Origin: Dimorphilus gyrociliatus
Lineage: Eukaryota > Animalia > Annelida
DNA length: 64,000 nucleotides
Assembly: GCA_904063045.1 (NCBI GenBank)
Contig: CAJFCJ010000006.1
Span: forward strand, 1,315,647 to 1,379,646
Direction of reading: 5' to 3'
Shown here piece by piece: positions 26,094-38,141 of this stretch. Position 1 is the stretch's first letter. Each line of letters opens with the position of its first letter. A program made the position numbers and the translations under genes. A model generated the notes under the pieces. The model had not been told where the DNA came from, ran no database searches, and saw only the letters and a program-made list of their open reading frames with translations.

Positions 26094-27241
26094 ACTCATT
26101 ACCTTTCGACAATTAGTAAATAACTTACCAATTTATTATTACCTGGATTTAGACTTGTAATTCAAAATTATTCAACTCGATGATAGAATGTGAATTGACA
26201 AGATCTCAAAAGAATACTTTTCTCTCTTTTTTTCTGTATTTAAACTTCTGAAAATTTGATTATTTCAATAAAAAAGTATGATTAAACGTTGTTTTTTTGT
26301 ACTACAGTATACATTAAATTTAAGAATTTTCCTTAAGAATAATAGAGAGAAATTGACAAAGTAAGGAATGATTATGATTTAAGAGTATTCTTAAAGACAA
26401 ACATCTATTTGCATAGTATTTTCAAAGATATTAATTGCAAGTTGATTTTTATAAACATTCCACAGGAATAAAAAGGGGAGACAAGTGCAAAAATAAAAAC
26501 GGAAAACTATTTCTTAACCCCTTTAGATCGGTATTAAATTGGTATTTTAATATAAGAAGAAAGCCTATTCAGAAAATCCCATACCAAAAAGGAAAAAAAC
26601 AAAAAATCAAATTTCAATTTGAATTTTTGGGATATTTATTCTCTAGCGTAATCGAAGATGGTTAAGGGACGGAGAGTAGTAATTTTTACAGAAAAGAAAT
26701 CCTATATTGTGCTTGAATAATAAAGGATATATTGTATATTTAAAAATTGTTTTTATACACTGTTATTTCCTTAAGTTTTAAGAACATTGACAGGCCTATA
26801 CTGTAGTATTTTCTTTTCAAACAAACAACAACTATATATGTAAGAATAAACTAAGAATATGGGCCATTAAAATTAAATAAATAAAAATATGGCGGAATGG
26901 AGTTAATTATTACAAATAACGTAATTTATAAGTAATAGCTATCCTTTTAAAGTTGAATAAAAACAATTTCCAATATAAGAGTCATAGAAAGTTATTGTTT
27001 ATAGTTTGAAATAGTTTCAATACATTTCTAGTTTACATATAGAAATTATTATAAAACTTCAGTAATATACATAAAGAAATAAGGAAAGAGAACGATTAGA
27101 AGGTAATTTGTAAAAAGGATGAAATTGAATCGCCTCGCTAACTCAGAGTAAGTTATTTTGAAAAGTTGGCCAAGAGATTTTAAACCGTAAAAGGGCCTTG
27201 TCTTGACTCACACTAGACAAAGAGAACTTGGATAACGAATC

Positions 27242-28995
27242 ATGAGGTTGAATTTCAAACTTACAGAAGTGTTTTTAACGCTTTTTCACCTTGTTTTATT
27301 TCTTAATGGTATGATTTATTTATATTTTTAATACATTGAATAAATTAATAATTTGCTATCTTAACGAGAATTTTTTTATCTTGCATCTTTTCCCCAGCTT
27401 ACCGACTTCAACAAAGGGACATTGAAAGAATTTATCATACACCTCTAGCAGAAGGTCATGCTAATAATGTTATCGACGGAAATACAGATACCTATACCGT
27501 TATTGGACAATCGGATAGTGTAAAGTGGTTAACAATTAAGTTAAAAAGAAGTTTCCTCATACACAGCGTAATGGTAAAAAGGCGACATCAGTGCTGCGGT
27601 AAATATAAAAGCATACTTATTAAAAAAAAAAGAAACAAAAGGAACATTCACTAGTAGTATAGCCCTATTCTGTTTTTTATTTCTCTAATAGATGACCATA
27701 TGACATCATTTAATATATATATAAGTCAGAATTTTTGTGAAAAGTATCCCAATACGTATAAGAGTACAAAAAGTAAACTATGCTATAACTATTATAAGCC
27801 AAGTACACCTGTTCCGGTTTCCATAAATGATACCTGCTTAGAGCCTATACTTGGAAATTACGTAACTATTTATAAGGATGATAATAAGTATATTCATCTG
27901 GCTGACGTTGAAATATATGGAATAGAACCAAGAGGTATACTATTGAAACTACTTGAATTTCTTGAATTCCTTGAATTTCTAATTCTATTTGTATTCCTTA
28001 GACGCCCGTTTGATGAATAATAGAAACTATTTTTATAAGGATAGAACGGCTGGTTTTGTTCTTTATATGGCTAAAAATACATACGAAAGCTCTATGAGGA
28101 ACTGTATGAATGAAAATTCTAAATTGACAAACAATCCAAGATACTTTCTTAAATCTTTCTTAAATAAAGGTATAAATATCATATGCAAATAGATGAGTTA
28201 ACAGTTTAAATAAAACTTTATGTTACTATATTTAGAAACGAATGAACAGTTGTTCTGGAGGGCTGGTCATTTTACGAATAACGAATGGTTCTCGTCAATA
28301 GATTGTTCGGTATCTACGTCTTCTATTCAAGATATTCAAAATATTCTGGACAAGAGCGTTACTATGAATAAGGATTTCCATCTTATAGCTAGACCTTCAA
28401 GTTCCACATATTTCTACATTTGCGAAAGAGAATTGCCAAATTCAGTTCCACCTTGTGAATCCTATTGCGAATACTGTAGGGTGGATTCTTCATATAAAAG
28501 ATCGTGTTTATGTCAAACGGGGAAATATGGAAATAAATGCCAATGGCGTAAGTATAGTTATATGGTTTAAAATGAATAATTATGTCAAACACTATTTAAT
28601 AAAGCTTGTTCTGGAAACTACTACGGTGAAAATTGCGAGAAAAGCTGCGGCTATTGTAAAATTGGAAAATGTTCTGATAATTCAGGAAGATGCTATTCTG
28701 GATGTCAAAATGGATGGACAGGTGACAAGTGTGATAAGAGAGAATTTCAAGCATCAACTGATTATGATCGAACAACTACTAATTTAACATATTCAACACA
28801 ATCTTCCTTATTCACAACAAAAAAAGTTAACATCAACAACAACAGTTAGTATTTAAACTATTAAAAGTTATTAATCCATATTTTAAATATTAATACATCT
28901 TTAATATTTTTACAGGTAATTCTTCAAATCAATTGATTAACGTTAATCTTCAAGTTCACCTTTTAATAATCATTCTTATTTACTTATTCAAATAA
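27242..28995 (+). CDS. F-type lectin-like + CTL-like + EGF protein with a GPI-anchor-like C-terminus (R5)
   Basis: Signal peptide MRLNFKLTEVFLTLFHLVLFLNA. VIDGNTD..KRRHQCCD..GNYVTI..IHLADVEIYG. EGF domains. The last exon (28916-28995) reads SNSSNQLINVNLQVHLLIIILIYLFK-stop. Confidence 0.75.
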
Positions 28996-29629
28996 ATAAT
29001 AGACTTTATGGTAAAAAAAAATACAAAAATCTCAGTCCTTAAACTATTTCAAAACAAAAAAAGAAGTTGTTTGTTCAAAAACAAGATTAAATCCTTCGAA
29101 GAAGAACTCAAATAATAAACAAACAACTCGTCACTAATGTAGAACGAGTAGTCTAGAGTTAAGTGCTTTTTTGTAGACAAAAAAAGATGTTGTCGTGGCT
29201 ATTTTGCGCATAAAAAATAGATGATACTCTTCACTAAAAAAGAGATTGAGGAACGACGAGCTCAATGTTTTTTTTTTTTGTTTTTTAGCTCTTTCGTTTT
29301 TATGCCATGTAAAAAAGAGTTATTGTTACCAATAACAGACAATAGAACTAGATAATTCTTCTAAAAAGTTCCTTAGAAGAGAACGAGGAGAGGGAGTTAG
29401 GGAGGGAGGGAGAGAGTAACAAACAAAAATCTTTTATAGTAAGTAGAGAAGATTGTGAAGAATTTGATATGTTATTAATTCTATTTTACCTTTATTGATT
29501 TAAAACTTATTTTAAATGGACTATAAACATTCTTTAAGTTGAGTAGTACCTTTTTATGATTTTACAAAGACTATAAATGACGCGCAAATCGTATTTGACA
29601 CATGAAGTCGAAAAATTCGAACAGCAAAG

Positions 29630-30095
29630 ATGAAGTTTCTTGTGGCTTGTATACTCGGTCTTGCTTTACTTTGTAAGTTAATTAAATTGTATTAGAATTA
29701 TTATAGATAATTAGTGAGCAAACTATTTCTTTTTTTCAATTTATAGGTGAAGCTAACTCCCTTCGTATAAAGGCAGACAAAACCACATTATATACTGGAG
29801 CTTTTGTACCAATTGAAGTAATACCCACAGTAACATTTCCTGTTCCTTGCATGTAAATATATATATATAGAAATCATAAAAATTTCAATAATTATCATAT
29901 GCATTTAAAAAAAACAGGTATAATTTTGCGCCTGCCGTGATGAATATGGCAGGAGGAGGAAGTCGTGGTCAGTTCTATATTTCTGGACAAACGCAAAAGT
30001 GGGTTTATAATATAGTACCCCATCATGGTCAAGTTACATTAAGAATGGTATGTGGACTTGTCGAAAGAGCAGAAATCACGTTTACATTTAATTAA
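29630..30095 (+). CDS. Small secreted stand-alone repeat protein of the GDPH family, 108 aa, not in the ORF track (G4)
   Basis: Exons 29630-29672, 29747-29852 and 29918-30095, with phase 1 then phase 2 introns as in the paralogues. MKFLVACILGLALLCEANSLRIK..VTFPVPC|MYNF..GQVTLRMVCGLVERAEITFTFN-stop. Confidence 0.75.
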
Positions 30096-30705
30096 CCATC
30101 ATTATATTTTGAGCGAAAAGTTAGTTGTATGTAACTTATGACATTGTAATAGTTGAATGTGCTGTGGTGGGATAAATATAATTAATAAACTGAATTATTA
30201 TGGTTCTTAAATTTTTGACTCTACAATGATAGAAAGAAAGTAGAATTAGCTAATAAATAATACCTTGATTTTTTCAAGATAATAGTTCTAATTAGGTTTC
30301 GCTATAAAAGCGATTGACTGCAAACACTTGCACAACAGTGCCGCTATATAATTCAATCGAGATATCGGCATTTGGGGGAAGTCTTATATATCATCTCTAT
30401 GATAAAGATAACTATCCCTTGATTCTGCTATTAGTTCTTACGAAGGAGGAAGATTTTGACGAATGCTTAGCTCATTTTTGTAATGTTCCTAAATTAACAA
30501 GATAAGGAATAATGCAGTAAATGGTGTTAACTAATCTAAAATTGATCATTTTACTTCTAAAAATAGATTTTAGATTTTGATGAAATGTCAAAATTTATTC
30601 TTCAGGCATCAGATAATACCAATGCAAAAACTAACAAATTTAACATAAATATTTCAAAATGTGCTTTCCATTGAACATTCAAAAAAAATAATAAATTTGT
30701 TCAAA

Positions 30706-31859
30706 TTACTTTGAAAATATGAAATTGCTTATTGGACGAGGATAAACAACATTTTCTGTATCCATCAACCAACAACTCAATCCTTCTCTTTGAATTTCTC
30801 TAGCCGTCGTGAAATAACCATTAACAACAACTGTTCCTCGAGAAATATTATCATCGCCTTGAACAGATTTGTAGAATTTAAATTTGTTATTTCCTACCAC
30901 TCCCAACAGCCCTTCCGAATTAGCATAGTTGACAAGACCTTCAACATTAACATCCAGAAAATGGCCTGTTACTTCATGGTCTGAACGTTTAACAATATAG
31001 TTAACTCCTCCAAACAATTCCTTGCTAAGACCAACTACTTCGACTGTATTACCAGCTTTTCTTACCATGCAAGCATTATTACGTTCAATGCTCATTCTCT
31101 TTGGATCACTAGTCCAGTCGAAAACAATTCTTTTGTTCAATCTAACTTCTTTTGGTGTAATTTCTACGTTGCATCCTTCAGCAGAAACGCGAATAATATG
31201 CATATAATAGTCATCCATCAATACACCTTCAATAGCCGAATTGGACTTTTTATCTTTGTAAATTTCAATGCGATCTCCAGCAACACCTTTAACATCATAA
31301 CACACTCTGTGAATCTTGCCAGTTGCAATATCTTTTACTGATTGAATAAAGTGAGGATCTCCTTCAATAGCATCTGGTCTAGGATCAGAAATATACTGAT
31401 GAAAGACTTTCTTCGCGCCCTTGCAAGCGAGAGTAATTTCAACAAAATGCGGCCCCTCAACAATACCGTCAGCAACAGCAGTAGCTATTACTATCACTTC
31501 TGAACCTAAAGGTGATACTACTGCCGGGGCGGAAAGTGTCAATTGGGCAGGGTTGTTTACTGACAAACTAAAATAAAGCGAACATTTAATTTTCAATATT
31601 AAAATAAATGATAAAGACTTACGTGCATGCAAAGGCGTTAGCTGCATTGGGAACAATTCCTTTCGAGAATCTGAGTTCTCCAGAACTTCCTTCTGGTATG
31701 GTGAAAAATTCGTGCTGGACATTAGGTAGAGCTCCATAACAGCACGCTAATCCCAAAACTAAATAGGAAAAATGTAAAATTAAACAAATAATCGATATAA
31801 TACAAATTATAGACATTACCAAAGCTAATTGCTACTAGTTCACTGCTGTGGAAACTCAT
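30706..31859 (-). CDS. Secreted Calx-beta-like + GDPH + ITIH-C-like protein (G5)
   Basis: Signal peptide MSFHSSELVAISFVLGLACCYG over exons 1-2. Exon 2 ends NAFACT. Exon 3 has AVADGIVEGPHFVEITLAC, EGDPHFIQ (31362-31351), VCYDVKG, DDYYMH, GLLGVVGNN and SCWLM. Confidence 0.85.
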
Positions 31860-32600
31860 TTTCAACGGCCAAAATGAAAATGAACGCTGTAGAAATGTTC
31901 CAATATTTATAGACGATTTTTAAGATGAGTAGAACTCAAAGAAATTAAATTTGGAAAACAATACGTCAAAGTTTTATATTCTGGACAAACACAAAAAGTA
32001 CTTTTTTTTATAGAGTTGTTATTAAAAGTGATTGAGCCGACCATTTTTTTTATAATATACTGTATTGTTTTAAATTATTTGTGATAGAATATAGGTTAAA
32101 GTTAAAGTTGTTCTAGAGCCTTATATTTTGGACAGAACAACGTGTCAAGTGATAGAACTAGACAAAAACAGTTACAGTTTTTCTTTTCCATAAACAGCAG
32201 ATTTTGAAAAATACTGATATTATAATAAACATACAAACGCATAACAAAGATAGAGAAAGCTCGAAGGGAGAGAGAGAGTTATTGACTAATTAATTAATGT
32301 AAAGACTTTCTACACTTTCTTTTTGTGTACAATTGAATTGTTTCTTTGGATTTATAACGGTTATAATTTGATATACTGTATGCTCTATATTACTTTAACT
32401 AGATCACTATTTCCCCATCTTCTCCAATCAACACTTCTGTCTTTAAGAGTTCAAAGATACACGTGTCACACAGTGTTCTGTATTTAGGTCTAAAAAAAAT
32501 AGACATAGCTCAAGAGATGTTTTTTTCGTAAGTATTAAAAAATTTATGGCGTTTTTTTTGGAGTTTTACACGTGTTATATTTTTTATGTAGATATTTTAT

Positions 32601-32635
32601 TATAAATAGCAGACAGATTTCAGTGATCGTCATTC
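32601..32635 (+). promoter_or_regulatory. TATA box and initiator of G6
   Basis: TATAAATAG at 32601 and TCATTC with its A 31 nt downstream (32632), 26 nt before the ATG at 32658. Confidence 0.4.
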
Positions 32636-32657
32636 CACCTCCAGTAGTTGATCCAAA

Positions 32658-33793
32658 ATGGAAATCTTCAAGACTGTTTTCTTCTTCGTTTTTGTACTTT
32701 GCCGTAAGTTTGATAATTTAAAATGTATTTATATTAATTTTATATTTTAAAATGTTATATTTAATCAATAGAACTCTGCTATGCTGCTGATGTACTTTCT
32801 GTTGATTGTCAACCACCATCAATAGCGGAAGGTACTGAAGGAATGATTATTGTGCAAAAGCTTATTCCTGACTCACCATTAAGATGCTCGTAAGTTATTT
32901 TCATAAGATTTTTGATTAAATTTGATATAAATTCAACAAATTTTTGCAGAGTTACCGTCCTACCACCAAATAAAGTTACAGCGAATGTACAACAATTGAC
33001 TTTGAATAACAATGGTCAAATCGCCTTCAAAATTAATGTTATACCTGATGGCAAACCTGGAGATTATGAAGCAGTACTTATCATTTCTTGCGATGGACAG
33101 CCAGTCTTCACTAAAAAAATACCAGTTATTAGTACTGATTCAATTGTTGAAGGTGATCCTCATTTCTCGCAACTTATTGTTGATAGGCAAACTGAACAAA
33201 TCGAGAGAATATGCTATGATGTTAGTGGTAAATCTGGTGATTATATTGAAATCTATACACATCAACCAACCAAAACTTACGTTTATGGTCAATTGTTGGA
33301 TGATTACTATATGCATATTATCAAAATCTTTTCAACTCTTGGCAATGTTACCGTGTCTACGAAACATGTCAAGTTTAACAACGAGGTATTATATGCATGG
33401 GAAGAATCGAACGATATTAGACTTTACCACAGAGGCGGATATATGATAAAAATCGATGATAATTCTGTTACTGTCGAAGTTGTCAATAAGGAGGACATGA
33501 CATTCAGAGTTACAAGATCGAAACATCCAGTTACTGGACATTATTTGGATTTTGGTGTATTTGGAATGTTAAAATATGATAATGTTGATGGTTTACTTGG
33601 ACGTATTGGAAATAATTTGTTCAAGTTCTATGACTTTGTTCAAACGGAAGACAACACAAAAAGAGGCACAATCTTGATAAATGGCCATTTTGCGGTCGCT
33701 TCAAAGAAATCAAAATCAAATAGTTGTTGGCTAGTTGATGTAAAAGATGTTTTACACCCTTATTCTATTACTGATTATATTCTTAGAAATTAA
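32658..33793 (+). CDS. Secreted Calx-beta-like + GDPH + ITIH-C-like protein, 335 aa (G6)
   Basis: Exons 32658-32703, 32772-32889 and 32950-33793. MEIFKTVFFFVFVLCQLCYA, PDSPLRC|S, EGDPHFSQ (GDPH at 33152-33163), ICYDVSG, DDYYMH, GLLGRIGNN and SCWLV. Confidence 0.88.
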
Positions 33794-34862
33794 TGGTGTA
33801 ATTATTGAATTTAGTGGAAGTTGTTTCTTTGATGACCTAATGTTAGAATTTGTTAGTTTTGCATCAAATTATTGATGTTAAAAGAATGAATTTTGTCATA
33901 AATAAAATATTTATTGTTTAAAAATTAAATTATCTTAGTTGATTTATCTATTGCGCAACAAAAAAACACATAGCGGTTTGCTTAAAACTATCGAAAAATA
34001 TGTAGACGAGATGACGCTTAAGCTAAATTGAATAGAGATATTTACAGCTTGATGTGCGTTTAGTCTATATATATTTAATAAGAACTTATTGCATGTTATA
34101 GATTTTGAACAAAACGAACAATCTTGACAGTAGTTATAGTATATAAATTTAGTTGAAACATAGACAAAAGTGTCTTTAAAAGTTCTATTACACGTTACAA
34201 GCGTTTGACAAGAGTCCTTAGGTATTATCTTTAGTGGTTAGAACTTTAATGTTTTTCATATAAACTATCTTCTCTAAATACGCATACATACATTTTGAAT
34301 TCAATCTATAAGGGAAGAGCAAATGATTGGGCTAGTGATAAGGCTAGTGCTAATATAGACTATAGTACATACAACGCTTAAATATGTATATAACAACCAG
34401 TCGGTGTTTTCATATTACGGGAGCAGAACAATCTTTCCTCTCTAGTAAGCATGTTTAACCTTCAACAGTAAAGGGTGTAATATATAGATAAGAATTAACG
34501 AAGAACTATGATGATAAGTTCAAGTCACACTTTTTGTTATACATTACTGATACATTTCGCATGATAGATCTACAAAGTAGGAAATTTAAAGGTATGACAT
34601 ATAGTCTTAATTTAAATATTGAACTAGAAAAATTAATGTTAGCCTAAATGAAAGAGGTTTTTTCATCGTCTCTTTTCAAGTACACCTTTGAGAAACAAAC
34701 AAGATAGACTTGTTTTTGAGATCTATCATAAAAGATTTTTTCCCGAGTTGCTAGACATAAATAAGTAAACAGACTGAGTAGAATCAGAGGAAAATTTTTG
34801 ATATAAATAGGAGCAACTTTCAGTATGTGACATCCCGTCATTTCATTTGATATCGAGATAGA

Positions 34863-35361
34863 ATGTCTGCAGTTAAAGTTTTTTCACTTTTCGCCGTCAT
34901 ACTTTTCGGTAAATAATACTTTGATGTTTAAATAGAAATATATCATTCTAATCTAATTAAATACATTTTATATTTGTAAAGAACTCGTAGCATTGTCGCA
35001 CCAGACGGACTTTGTTACTTTAGAATTCACTAAACAAAGCATTGGACCTGGAGAAAAGACAGATTTGATAATAACACCTACATATGAAGCTCCATTTACT
35101 TGCCGGTATGTGATTTCTTTATTTTAATAGTTATTCTTATATATACAACCAAATTTCTTATGCAGAATATATGAGACTTCCGATCGAATTTCTTGCTCAA
35201 CGCAATCGGTCAACTTTAACAATAGAGAATCCGTTGCCCTAAGTGTTGTTCAATCGAAAGAAGAGACTCATCAAATTGAAGAAGTCGCAATAACTGTATT
35301 TTGCTCCAACGACGAGGTAGATTTGGGATCAGTCTCTATAGGCCTTACTTGTCATCCTTAA
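34863..35361 (+). CDS. Small secreted stand-alone repeat protein of the GDPH family, 121 aa, not in the ORF track (G7)
   Basis: Exons 34863-34908, 34982-35105 and 35166-35361. MSAVKVFSLFAVILFELVALS..YEAPFTC|R..EEVAITVFCSNDEVDLGSVSIGLTCHP-stop. Confidence 0.75.
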
Positions 35362-35936
35362 ATATTGTTCAGCTTAGAAAATAGCAGTTATTCAATTGTC
35401 TAAATTGTAAAACATTGAATTGTTTTCTTTGAATAAGAATGTGTTAAAATTTGTTAGTTTTCGCATCATTTTTTTGATGTCAAAAGAATAAATTTTGTCC
35501 TAATAAATAAATAATTTAACATCGTTTACTTATAAACTATTTCTCTTCAGTATTAATTATCAATTTAATAGGTCAACTAGTTAATAATTTTTAAAGAGAA
35601 TATTAATGAGCTTGGATTGATTTGTAGCTAACATACTACTCTTTTTTTTTGCCAAAATTCAAAACGCTATAACACTAGTTTGGTTGTTATTAAATTGAAA
35701 TAATTAGGTCAAAAATGATTTTTATATCAAAGCTAATACATCGACCTGTTAATTAAAAAAGCAGACTAAATTTAAGATATGCCAATTTTTTTTTATTTTC
35801 CTATATACTCTTGTTAAAAATGATGCTGAGCAATTGTTGAGCAAACAGAGCAAATCCAACTCAAAATACTTATGTAATATACAGTATATACTGTTTATCA
35901 GTCACCTTACCACATCTATAACTCAACAATTTCAGC

Positions 35937-37458
35937 ATGAATCTGTTGAAAAGACTTTTATTTATGTTTAGCTTTATAAGAAATATAATTTTTAAAATGT
36001 TTACATTCTAATAAATATTTAAGTTCCTCCTTCGAAATTTTTAGAACTTGTTGAATCATTCCAACATGAACAAACTCCAATTAGTTCCGTCATAGAGGGT
36101 GAGACTACTGAGGTCATTTTTACAATTGAAGCTAACGATCTATTGGACTATGGAATGGCAACGTATGTCTTATTACGTAAATTTGTAATAGTTTAAAGTT
36201 TAACGCTTATTCTTTTTTAGTTTTTAATAAGTGCTGATAATGAAGTTCTTGTGATTTTGCCATCTGATCCGATAAATTTCCATTATATCGGCGAAACGGC
36301 TCAAGTTGTAATATCAGTATTGGATGATGACATAGCAGTGCAAGGTGCTTCAAGCACTGTAACTTTTACAGTTTCAAGTATTTCGGGAAATGTTCTCGAA
36401 ACGGAATTTATAATATATGACAATGATCTTCCACTTACCCCTGTGGGATTTCCAACGGAAATGACTGAGGGAGATAAGCCTGTAGTAATTAGTCTAAAGC
36501 CTGACAGCCGGTGGGATGGTGGCTTTCACAAGTACTTGCTTGTAAGTTTGAAATATTTCGAAAAATTACTCTATTTTATTCTTATTTATATATGTTCGAA
36601 TTTAGTCCACCCGATCAAGTTGACATCTATGAACAAAATCCTGTAGTCGTTCCACCTAATAAGATCACTAATATACGAATTCAAGCTATTTATGATGCTG
36701 TAGAAGTAGAACCTCCTATAGACGTTACTGTAACAATTAGATGTCCTTGGAACTATACAAAAGTGTCGCACACTTAGAAAATAACTCTTCTTGATAAAAA
36801 TGGAGGGAGTTTAGGAGACCCTCATTTCACCCAATTTGTTGTTGATAGTCGAACAGGAAAATCTATGAGAATATGCTATGATGTTACTGGTGAGGCAAAC
36901 AATCGTATTTTCATCTATAAACATCTCCAATCAAAAACTTCACTTTACGGTACACTTAAGAACGACTATTATATGCACGAAATTACTGTTGGTTCGTTGG
37001 TCAGTAATATAACGGTTACAACCAATTATATCAAAATAGATCATGATAGAAAGTTTGAATGGAAAACTTCCGGTGGTTTTGAATTAACAAAAAGTAAATA
37101 TTATATTATTAAGTTTACTAAAAATGTTACTAAAATTGAGTCAACTGACGGAAGATTTGGAAATGTAAAATTTGAAATAAGAAGATCAATGTCTAATTTC
37201 AAAAACGTTTATTTAGACGTTAATATATTAAGATTAAATAATTACAAAGGAATAGGCGATTTACTAGGAGAAGTCGGAAATAGCCGTTTTGAATTTTATA
37301 CATCTGTCGCAGAGTATGAGGGAGAAGGAATGGGATCAATAAAAGTGAACAATCATCTATTCTTAGCTACTCAAAAAAAGCGAAACGGTATGGATTGTTG
37401 GTTGATTGATGCAGATGATGTTGTTTATCCTAAACAATTGGAGAATTTTGTTTATTAG
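35937..37458 (+). pseudogene. Probable pseudogene of the GDPH family: two repeats + GDPH + ITIH-C-like domain (G8)
   Basis: The signal exon MNLLKRLLFMFSFI is followed by GAAATA rather than GT at 35980. An in-frame TAG at 36775-36777 lies 12 codons before GDPHF (36814). The downstream domain is intact (ICYDVTG, NDYYMH, DLLGEVGNS, DCWLI). Confidence 0.65.
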
Positions 37459-38093
37459 AATGAATGATGGAACTATTGAAATGTTAGTTCAAGATTATTA
37501 AAACAATGTTATTTGCGTTGAAAAACTGTAATAAAAATACGGTTGAAATTTTCATATAATTCTGTTTGATATAAAATTTAGGTCAATTTAGGTTAGTACT
37601 GAAGATAAGGAAACAATAAGATATACTAGTTGCCAATCGTAACATGATGAAAATAGTAGGTAACGTATATATTAGTATATATACTGTTTATATAGGCGGA
37701 AATTTCTTCAATAATGATCATCTTCCTGATTCTATATTTCCTATGTGCCGGTGGAAAGATAAAAGGGCAATGAAGAATAAAGAAAGAGAAGTGAATAGGC
37801 GTTAAGGTTTATGAAAAAGAAATAATATCAATAAAAAGCTAGTATTGACTTATCTTATGAAAGATTATAGGGAATTTTTGTTTATAATTGGATACTTATA
37901 GACAATTGTTCAAGTTCTAAAACGGTATGGAATCTGAACTTGAATAGAGAAATAAGTTTATCCACTTATAGCCTAAAGAATTGACATAAAAGTACTAAAG
38001 AGGAAACAGTTGAATAACCTGTTATTTTCGATTGTTTGGTTGCCATTTGTAGTTTTTTTAAGTAATTGAAATATAAAGCGCCCCCCAGTGAGT

Positions 38094-38106
38094 GTTACTA
38101 AGGAAA
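38094..38106 (+). promoter_or_regulatory. RFX X-box-like site upstream of MORN1
   Basis: GTTACTAGGAAAA, one mismatch from GTTNCYAGGNAAC. A GTTGCCAT half-site is at 38039. Confidence 0.35.
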
Positions 38107-38141
38107 ATAATATTAGCCTAGCAGACAGCCGCAAATGAAAA

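Noticed and set aside
30314-30505. 63-aa ORF between G4 and G5
   Set aside because: It has a non-ATG start, no motif and no splice partners that I could find.
36221-36231. Apparent frameshift at the start of G8 exon 3
   Set aside because: Using the AAG acceptor at 36229-36231 restores the frame without an indel.
2747-37458. GDPH domain as an intein/Hint domain or a mucin VWD with C8/TIL domains
   Set aside because: There are no Hint C/S-start or HN motifs and no Cys-rich C8/TIL domains. The CYD, GLLG and CW pattern fits the ITIH C-terminal type better.
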